DNA of 64,000 nucleotides from assembly GCF_000142905.1 (NCBI RefSeq), contig NW_013657679.1, forward strand, positions 634,114 to 698,113, read 5' to 3'. Position numbers and translations under genes: made by a program. The notes under the pieces were generated by a model, which worked only from the letters and a program-made list of their open reading frames with translations, was not told where the DNA came from and searched no databases. The stretch comes from Thecamonas trahens ATCC 50062 (lineage: Eukaryota; Protista; Apusomonadida). Shown in pieces: positions 42,601-49,313 of this stretch; position 1 is the first letter of the stretch, and each line of letters starts with the position of its first letter.

Positions 42601-43378
42601 TGGAGGCCGCCGAATCGAGGTAGCCAGGACCGGTCCGGCGTGGGTCTGACATAGGAATGTCAGCAATGGCGGTGCGGTCCTTGAAGACCCGGAGGAGCGG
42701 GGCGCGGTCCTGCGAGCGGATCTTGGCGTTGCGCTTGTCGGTCTTGTGATCCCTCTCGGCAAGAAGCTCGAGCTCGATATCGTCTTCCTCGGGCATGTTG
42801 TCAGCATCGGCGCTGACGTCGCCGGTCTTGCCCTTGCCCTTGACCTTGCCGGCATCGCCGCCCTTGTCGCCCTTGCGCCTGTGGCCGTGGTGGCGGCGGC
42901 GTCTCCGCTTTCGCTTGCGCTTCTCAGAGCCCTGCTCGTCTGCGGCAGCATCCTCGAACATCTGCTCGAGCTTCGACTTCTTGGCGCCGGACGGCGCGGC
43001 GTGGGCGTGGTCATCGCCGTCGCCCGAGCCACCCTCGTCTGACTGCGGCACCATCATGTCGACCTCGTACATCTCCAGGTCCGGGAAAAAGAGCTTTGTG
43101 GCCCGAAGCGGAATAGGCGGGCGGCCGCGACCATACTCGGCATACTCTCGCTCGACAACAGTCCAAGAGGCGTCAAACAGAGCAAGGGTATCCGCGACAT
43201 GAGGCGGGGGAGTAGGCGCAGGTGCGGCCAGCGGCAGAGGGGTAGGAGCATCAGGAGTAACAAGAGGAACAGCATCCATGCGACACACTTTCCGGTCATC
43301 ATCGGGTACATCAAACAGAGGTGTTGGCGGGTTCGACGGCGTGGCCGCTTCGATGTCGACTCTCACAAGGGCATTCTC
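36674..43378 (-). CDS. DOCK-family Rho GEF (DOCK-C/D, zizimin-like); 5' exon(s) lie in or beyond the gap
   Basis: IEPFFVSAAVFD, LVVRISKVLQGD, RLGAYRQDFA; C2/DHR-1 NPSFMDEFKLELP..HLLFTVFHV; DHR-2 YYRVGFYG, EFIYRE, FIFETPFT, LTPIENALE, LQGSVRLQVNAGP; acceptor CAG at 43381-43379. Confidence 0.93.
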   Translation of the reverse strand, partial: ENALVRVDIEAATPSNPPTPLFDVPDDDRKVCRMDAVPLVTPDAPTPLPLAAPAPTPPPHVADTLALFDASWTVVEREYAEYGRGRPPIPLRATKLFFPDLEMYEVDMMVPQSDEGGSGDGDDHAHAAPSGAKKSKLEQMFEDAAADEQGSEKRKRKRRRRRHHGHRRKGDKGGDAGKVKGKGKTGDVSADADNMPEEDDIELELLAERDHKTDKRNAKIRSQDRAPLLRVFKDRTAIADIPMSDPRRTGPGYLDSAASIVEISFEGLEFELGDIEPFFVSAAVFDLKHNSRLTDYFSTSLNPPHLCTMIYGADIPEFPVTSARRVAFPIMYPHADMWLVVRISKVLQGDYEDAADAYIKHAKKDPGKYHMAAQEFCRRLGAYRQDFAFAAIPLFDKSGKVTVSKRGVPTCQQTCSRLFRLSKLVSETKLLATIHETIKAGNVKKLKAIPGKLKYSVRAAPASGYAPPGRYSPALAPLAPAAIPPDSDTAAAIADAWAAVAEKMPAAMPPPPGVDLDPRPGLPDLWVEGYDYEDDTVYFFNLSTGHIIYGECPPQGALVKYAQPLLPSDDLPSAVADVIRVQQSFVSEAVLPGRAFVNNLHLSLDTLDASKVKVSIKAKLNLGVRVQLKSSDASIGPDDNVLATFYGGALDEPRTAYAQSSVAFQVKNPSFMDEFKLELPLALEPGTHLLFTVFHVNVKLPKKKKNAPPVEEIVGYAVLPLTTAAIYDCPLNIVLAPKASSASDVLGTDLSAPGVACARDAVYHKAGSSALVIGDGLYGLPLVYDLAPGYLTADLSDAAADKGQPMLALRTTLASTVLVQDPALHEFTHVYHTSFDSEPVMKAAVIGLERVACSQTVAHGHLLLHYLLNVALYGRQTSIENGVRKQGVAELAFRALLRTMDILVEASLHTAQGPHSILTNWVNYIFDEDTFLLPPKCSDQADADASVPSRAGRLFSGILDVWLPLLANAKTPASESGAAHAAVLFELVVKSMTLWLDAQTRAAGGTSLGDGPPAPARPARFPHPFRHSVAQVFELLRKHVFVLSSTGLVVAQQLNAALALFARDLFALMNRGFVYVVVQRYVRQFTPATPGFTDSLYRIKLNFLKIVCDYEHAISLSLPGLDTVDYLLSVPTQGPLRMAAPDTLPDEDESGSASASSPLKTSPSDVDLLVPPPPNSEVIADPNALLAAAESSTNDALLARFWTAHPLSSLLLFEIASGLDNVERTIRAQCLALLRDLFFKYELDARVLALRDADDEGVGNGDKGERAGLHAQIAATYFPYVRMLACLPRVRDEWDRAEQREALIGLVWLLKRCSRRLLRSWWDHEAESILLEFFALLSTVLEAFEYQGQVSLREQRIKEAAVAESKANKKLLEDMYSGTGGTRRSSSAAWAASASTSSGLMSAASGWGSMSRTSGRSTIKRTRGRSGTTTRPSSVRRASVARGSDASAGPSAGDGDTSVLGPNTGSLTAGRMSMMRAAAASVDVTPFDVALETTLATEVSLVVLDVMETFVKFFDGRLRKDAGETPLFAGVFSVYLSLLETHQSERLVRALYASLRSFVQRFDSIFFMGDNPYCCDLMRLVMVHCNSVSAVIRGEATALIYLCMKVNFKLPTGYRDFSRMKLQATNALSELAGEELRDDRNVTRALRAIVRYSEEDTSPESRDELDFREQVTELMERFFDILRNSALLNSAKGDVEMKGDLLHRIAQGYMNAPNLRVTWLRKLMKFHKANGQIMEAAMCQTHLAALSAEFLFCTEPEPHLPKGVAAFKAITRNAEEEAAVADVTHSQAEGVTQEATYTREGLVKLLHAAVDELVAAELWEAANEVYKMLIPIYARERNYPSLAALHGHLAELFDKIQQSIEFQNRILSSYYRVGFYGSAFEDLDGAEFIYREEKITRLAEFTARLQEIYETKFAAAGIKVVILRDSSNVDRKSLDPNTAFVQITSVEPYFEAHEATERVTYYERNTNLRSFIFETPFTEGGKAHGATDQQYKRKTILKVEKAFPYLTKRIRVAERTSFVLTPIENALEEIERRVEKIRAELRGDAANLKTLQIVLQGSVRLQVNAGPMEIARVFLGDDAGKFPDEHVTALRAAFAAFITACGEAIALNRELIKDDQYAYHQDLEQGYKETRESLAQYIAPGSDGLPGDADDAHLDDARGIDSSSDVSLSDDDDYSSSSSTEEVVLVETRGGSKTEAKADKPSVPSVPPPKAPAAETSDSSDDDEDSSSSYDSSS

Positions 43379-43415
43379 CTGTATGTGTGTGTGTGGTGGG
43401 GGGTGGGGGGGGGGG

Positions 43416-44316
43416 NNNNNNNNNNNNNNNNNNNNNNNNNNNNNNNNNNNNNNNNNNNNNNNNNNNNNNNNNNNNNNNNNNNNNNNNNNNNNNNNNNNNN
43501 NNNNNNNNNNNNNNNNNNNNNNNNNNNNNNNNNNNNNNNNNNNNNNNNNNNNNNNNNNNNNNNNNNNNNNNNNNNNNNNNNNNNNNNNNNNNNNNNNNNN
43601 NNNNNNNNNNNNNNNNNNNNNNNNNNNNNNNNNNNNNNNNNNNNNNNNNNNNNNNNNNNNNNNNNNNNNNNNNNNNNNNNNNNNNNNNNNNNNNNNNNNN
43701 NNNNNNNNNNNNNNNNNNNNNNNNNNNNNNNNNNNNNNNNNNNNNNNNNNNNNNNNNNNNNNNNNNNNNNNNNNNNNNNNNNNNNNNNNNNNNNNNNNNN
43801 NNNNNNNNNNNNNNNNNNNNNNNNNNNNNNNNNNNNNNNNNNNNNNNNNNNNNNNNNNNNNNNNNNNNNNNNNNNNNNNNNNNNNNNNNNNNNNNNNNNN
43901 NNNNNNNNNNNNNNNNNNNNNNNNNNNNNNNNNNNNNNNNNNNNNNNNNNNNNNNNNNNNNNNNNNNNNNNNNNNNNNNNNNNNNNNNNNNNNNNNNNNN
44001 NNNNNNNNNNNNNNNNNNNNNNNNNNNNNNNNNNNNNNNNNNNNNNNNNNNNNNNNNNNNNNNNNNNNNNNNNNNNNNNNNNNNNNNNNNNNNNNNNNNN
44101 NNNNNNNNNNNNNNNNNNNNNNNNNNNNNNNNNNNNNNNNNNNNNNNNNNNNNNNNNNNNNNNNNNNNNNNNNNNNNNNNNNNNNNNNNNNNNNNNNNNN
44201 NNNNNNNNNNNNNNNNNNNNNNNNNNNNNNNNNNNNNNNNNNNNNNNNNNNNNNNNNNNNNNNNNNNNNNNNNNNNNNNNNNNNNNNNNNNNNNNNNNNN
44301 NNNNNNNNNNNNNNNN
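43416..44316. other. Assembly gap
   Basis: N run flanked on both sides by poly-G. Confidence 1.
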
Positions 44317-44334
44317 GGGGGGGGGGTTGGGGGC

Positions 44335-44490
44335 GTCTGCGAGTAGATCGAGATCGAGTACTTTGTCCTCGACTTTATGTAGATGTAGCGGTACATGCTG
44401 TAGTTGGAGATCAAGCAGGAGAACTCGGAGCTCCAGAAGTGCGAGGTCAAAGTTGAGTCGCTGGTCTCCGACTCGCGCACTCGCGCGCAC
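44335..44490 (+). pseudogene. Possible decayed coding fragment with four in-frame TAG codons (alternatively an upstream DOCK exon on the minus strand)
   Basis: The plus frame has genome-typical codons but TAG at 44344, 44380, 44386 and 44401: VCE*IEIEYFVLDFM*M*RYML*LEIKQENSELQKCEVKVESL. Confidence 0.4.
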
Positions 44491-44869
44491 TGCACCCCGT
44501 CCTCGCCCTCACACATAAACACACAAACACACAAACATACACTCGGACATGGGTCGTCGGGGTCGTCAACGACAAGCTCCGCACCGTCCGCGCCCGCCGC
44601 TCCTCCGGATCGGTGCCGTACGGCACCTCGCGCGCCTCGCCCCGTGCTCCCAGGTCGGGCATCCTTCAGGTGGGCGTCTACGTGTCGGCCGCCATCACGT
44701 GCGGGCGCGCCTCCCACCTCAAGCCGCAGGCCAATCAGGCGTCGCGCAGCGTCGGCCGGTGACCTGGAAGGCAAGCATCATCGACAATGCGTCCGACTTA
44801 TCGTACCGTTAAGGGCAAAGCAGGTGATGCTCTATTTTCCGACCAGGTGATGCTACAGTTCGATGCCCC

Positions 44870-44928
44870 TCACTCAGTCGTCGTCGACAGGTACGAGTCC
44901 GAGCTCCATCCAGAGCTCGACGTCGAGT

Positions 44929-44966
<38 letters not shown>

Positions 44967-46123
44967 GAGGTCGAGCCCGAGTCTGAGCTTGAGCTTTGGC
45001 CCATTCCGCCAAGGAACGGGTGTTGTAGCGCCGTGTACGAAGTAAGCCGGTCCCGCGCCGGATACTGGAGCAGCGAGTGGACAAAGTCGATGCCGTCGTC
45101 GGTGGGGTGGGCATTGGCAGCAGCGGCGGCGTGGGCGGCAAAATCGACGCGCTGCCGGTTGTGGGCGCCGTGTCGCTGCAGGCTCTCCACGCCCCACGCA
45201 TCGTTGTCGGGCACACCGAGCTCGTCCAGCCAGGCCTGGTAGTCGTCGAGGCCGAGGACCTCGGTGATCCTCGCCATGAGGAGGGCATACCGCTCGAGCC
45301 TGTCGACCGAGCCGCGCGGCGCGACAAAGGCGTCGGAGAACAGGCCCGAGCCAAGAACTAACCGTGCGGCCATGACGCCGACAGCCCACATGTCGACGGC
45401 GTAGTCGTAGATCGGGACGTGAAGGATAAGCTCAGGCGCTTTGTAAGTGGGAGTGCCCGAGAACGTGGTCTGTGCCTTGCCGTGCCGATACACCGTAGCA
45501 TAGCCAAAGTCGATGAGCCGAAGGAGCCGGCGCTGGCGATTGACTAGCACGTTGCCTGGCTTGACATCCATGTGTACAATCTGCCGTGCGTGGCAGGCAT
45601 CCAGCGCCTCCACCAGCATCCGCAGATACATCGCGGCCTCGTCCGCGTTCTCCACCCGCTTGAGCGGCTCCATCACCCCGGTGTACTCGAGCACGAGGGT
45701 GTTTGTGGCGTGATGCGGAATGGCGTCGCGGAGACGCACAATGTGCGGCGCACTTGCCAGTCGCCGCAGCATCCGGATCTCGTTGCGGAAGGCAGCATCG
45801 AGGCGGGCCCGGCCATCGCCGCGGGTCACCAGCAGATCCATGACCTTGATGATGACCTTGGACTCGGCATTGTTCCACGCACAGTAGACTTTGGCTGTGT
45901 GACCACGCGCGAGCAGCTTGACATGCTTCCAGCTCTCTTCCTCTCGCGACTCGCCCAAGCTCGACACGCTTGCCTCCCACCAGACCTCGTCCGACTCGTC
46001 CAACAGTTGGGCTAGGTGGTACCGATTCTGTCCGAGCATCTCGAGCGCAGCCGACTTTTTGACATTGCCAAGGACTGGTACATGCCCCGCCTTGCGCCTG
46101 CAGCAGCACAAGCTGCAGAACAT
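44870..46123 (-). CDS. Divergent CK2-alpha-like Ser/Thr kinase
   Basis: KVIIK, IVHMDVKPGNVLVNRQRRLLRLIDFG, YKAPELI..YDYAVDMWAVG, RITEVLG, IDFVHSLLQY..DRLT..ALQHPF. Confidence 0.85.
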
Positions 46124-46264
46124 GGCGGAAGGGTGTAGGCGCGAGTGAGACAGGTGAAGTGAGGCCTAAACGGAGGGCGAGTCGCGGACGACAGGTGCTC
46201 CATTTTCGGCCAACAAGCAGCAGACATGGCTTTCACTTGGCGACGCTACCCGAGTCATTTGGTG

Positions 46265-47392
46265 CTAGTTGCCTTCAGATGTGGGATGGGGGCGGGGGGT
46301 GGTGATCGAGCTACGCATGGCGACTCGATCAGGATGGTCCGGCGGAAGATCGACGGTCGATGGATACTCGCCAGGTACGTCGAGCTCCGAGTCGACGCCG
46401 GTGGTGGCGATGATTTCGGAGAGACGGTGGTTGAAGAGCGCGTGCTGGGCCTCATCAGCGCGGACGTAGAGGACAACGTCGCGGAGAGTAGCGTCATCGG
46501 GAAGGTTCCAGTACTTTTTGGCAAAGTCTGGGGCCGGGCCGTCGGCCTGCGCGCCCGAGTCGATCGACTCGAGCAAAAGGGTGTAGGCCGAGATGGCCTC
46601 CTCCTCGAGATAGCCGACGAACCGATGGGCCATTCGCGGGGAAGTGGCGTACATAAGAGCGTAGGCGGTGACGTACACAGCTTGCGCCGCGACGACAAGG
46701 AACCGCTCGAGGCGGGTCGGCTCGATGACCGCCATCCAGGTCATCAAGTGCGCGGCCTCGTTCTCGGCCTCCTCCCAGAGGTGCGGGACCCAACCCTTGT
46801 CGGGGGTCATCGTCCGCAGCGAGCGCATGTGGCGGAAGGCGCCTGCGACCATGCCGGGGCACGCCGCCACCGTCTCGAGTACACACGCGTGCGAAAGGTA
46901 CCGATCACGGAAGAACATGTGGGTGAGCGGGCGGAGCATGCTCACCAGAGAAAAGGCGATCTTGTCAGTCACGTTCTGTGGCTTGTAGTGGTTGACCGGC
47001 TTGATGGACTCAAGCTCCTCCCGCGACGGCCGGATCGGGTACTTGTCCGAGTGATCGTTGAGCGCGTGATGCCGCTTGTACGCCTTGGCGATGAGCTCTT
47101 CCGTCTCACGCGCAATCCAATCGTGGTTCCATTTGGGAACCCTGTAGCGGATGTAGTAATCACTCTCCTCAAAGATGGGCTTGCCCTCCGAGTCTCGTGC
47201 AAAGTCGTCGCCGTTGTTGTCGTTGTCGCTCTCATCGCGGGCTGCACCACCACCCGCCGACCCTGCGCCGCTACTCATGGCACGCCGCCAGATCACGGCG
47301 CTCATGCCCGCGGCTGACTTGGGTGTCAGTCCAGCCAGGCGTGGTCCGATGCGAGTGACGGCCAACGGTAGGAAGACTGCTGTGCGGAACAT
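46265..47392 (-). CDS. AOX: Mitochondrial alternative oxidase
   Basis: LETVAACPGMV, EEAENEAAHL, HRFVGYLEEEAISAYT, VRADEAQH; Arg-rich presequence-like N-terminus. Confidence 0.96.
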   Translation of the reverse strand: MFRTAVFLPLAVTRIGPRLAGLTPKSAAGMSAVIWRRAMSSGAGSAGGGAARDESDNDNNGDDFARDSEGKPIFEESDYYIRYRVPKWNHDWIARETEELIAKAYKRHHALNDHSDKYPIRPSREELESIKPVNHYKPQNVTDKIAFSLVSMLRPLTHMFFRDRYLSHACVLETVAACPGMVAGAFRHMRSLRTMTPDKGWVPHLWEEAENEAAHLMTWMAVIEPTRLERFLVVAAQAVYVTAYALMYATSPRMAHRFVGYLEEEAISAYTLLLESIDSGAQADGPAPDFAKKYWNLPDDATLRDVVLYVRADEAQHALFNHRLSEIIATTGVDSELDVPGEYPSTVDLPPDHPDRVAMRSSITTPRPHPTSEGN

Positions 47393-47617
47393 GTGTCGAG
47401 CTTGCTGGGGATATGTTCTGTGTCAAGTGTGCGTGTGAACGCAGCTTTGCTGCCAGTTGTGCAACATTTTGAGTGTTTCGCCCATGACGCGCAGGTGAGC
47501 GGCGAAACTGTGCCGACGCGACAAGGCGCGCGAGTTGGGTAATTGTGGGTCGGTGGGCTAACAGGGACAGAGTTGCAGCTAGTATGAATGCTGGTGCAGC
47601 GGGTTTGTGCAATGCTG

Positions 47618-48909
47618 CTACAATTCGGGGATGTCGTCGGCGGCGGCCTCAAGCTGCGAGCGACGATTGCCTCGCTTGATGGTGTCCCACTTCTGCTTCT
47701 CGCGCTCCTTCTGCTGGGCCTTGGCAGTCCGCTCGACGCGCTCGGCCTCGGCGTCGAGGTCATCGAGGGCGGCTTCGATGAGCTCGACGAGGAGCTCGCC
47801 CTGGTAAGTGAAAAACACGTGGGTTTTGTCTTCGTAGGTGCCGTCTTCGCCTGGCTCCGACTCGGTGAGGACGCACGAGAACGACTCCTGGGTAAACTCC
47901 CAGTCCTTGACTTGCGACCAGTGGTAGAAGTACAGGTACTTCATCTTGAGCAGGTCGACCATGAACAGGCCGTCGGCGTTGACACCGAGGACGACGCCGG
48001 ACTCGAACGGGTGCTCAAACATGGACTCGCGGTCGTAGTTGTAGACGGCCTCGAACATGGTGGCGTTGTGGGTCTTGAACTGGCGCACCCGCTGGAGGTA
48101 AAGAAGCTGGCAGATGAGCTTGTCCTTGCCGGCGAGCTCGGCGTGCTTGGGCTGAACAAGCTTGAACCACTCTTTGTCCTTCTTCTTCTTGGCCAACCGC
48201 GGGGCTATGAGCTTCTTCATCGGCACAAAGTTGACCTTGTGCAGCTTGGGGTTGTAGTCGCCAAACTTGATCTGCATGTACAGGGCGGCGAGCTCGACGG
48301 CATCGTCGGCCTTGGCCTCGGGGTAGTACGCGTTGAGCATCCACTGATGCGCCTGCTTCCACAGCGTGTCGACAACCGCCGGGTGCCAAGGGTTGCCCGG
48401 CGACGGGAACTTGCGCTCGTACGGCTTGGCGAGGAGGGCGGTAGTGCGGAAGAAGATCTTGCACGGCGGCTCCTTGATCTTGCCCTTCTTCCGCTTGGCC
48501 TGCTTGGCGCGGTACCACGGCTCATCAAGCACGTTCGAGTACTGCCGCATCAGGTTCTTCCACCCCGACATGAACTCAAACGGCCGATCCTCGTCTGAGA
48601 GCTCGAGCTCGACGTCGTCGCCGCAGACCCAGATGGAGAAGCACTCGGGCCCGCGAAACTCGGGCCCCATCTCTGCCTCATCAGCCGGTCGCATTCCGAT
48701 CTTGATAGCAAACAAGTCCCGCAGCTGCCCCGCCGTGATGTCCTCTGTCACCTGCAAGTTCTCATACTCACCGTCCACAAAGTGGACTTTGACCGTCACC
48801 GCGTTGGACGCCGCCTGAGCAAGGAGCCGAGAGAGGTGAGTGGGCGAGTGGAGAGTGGAGAGGGAGGGGAGGGGAGGGGAGGGGAGGGAGGGGGTTCTTG
48901 GCGTACCAT
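47618..48909 (-). CDS. Stand-alone FERM-domain protein (FRMD8/KRIT1-like); exons 48909-48907 (ATG only) and 48814-47618
   Basis: ATG|GTACGC..CAG|GCG intron 48906-48815; VKVHFVDG, FSIWV..ELEL..RPF..W, ELAALYMQIKFGDY, LYLQRVRQFKTHNATMF, VVLGVNADGL. Confidence 0.85.
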
Positions 48910-49199
48910 AGTTGAGGAGTGGTGGTGTGGTAGAGTGGTGGTGTGGTGGTGTGGCCGTTGGCTGTGGCTGTCCGTGGGTATGGCAGGTGTGAATGGTGGT
49001 TGTGGTGGTTGTGGTTTCGAGAGAATGTCGGTGTCCGAATTCGGCAACGAACGATTGGGCAAAAGTGCCATGGATGGACGGATGGAGGGACCAAACGGGA
49101 GAACGAATGAACAATGATGAACAATGAATGACCGAACGACCATCCATGGCAGCCATCATGTCCAGTCATGTCCAAGCAGAGTGCGACTCACGCAGGCTT

Positions 49200-49233
<34 letters not shown>

Positions 49234-49313
49234 CGCGCCTTGCACGTCAACAACTGATACAGCACTTGTCTCGCATTACCGCACACACCCACACACAGAC
49301 CTCCGGTCAGGTC

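Noticed and set aside
32379-43378. ELMO-domain gene near a DOCK gene as an ELMO-DOCK module
   Set aside because: The protein is a short ELMOD-type (no PH or armadillo regions), and the DOCK is C/D type without an evident SH3. ELMO partners are DOCK-A/B, so proximity is likely coincidental.
44335-44410. TAG reassignment (alternative genetic code)
   Set aside because: Conserved genes here terminate at TAG where expected (anamorsin 5008, malic enzyme 19765, MDR 34673), and long conserved ORFs contain no internal TAG.
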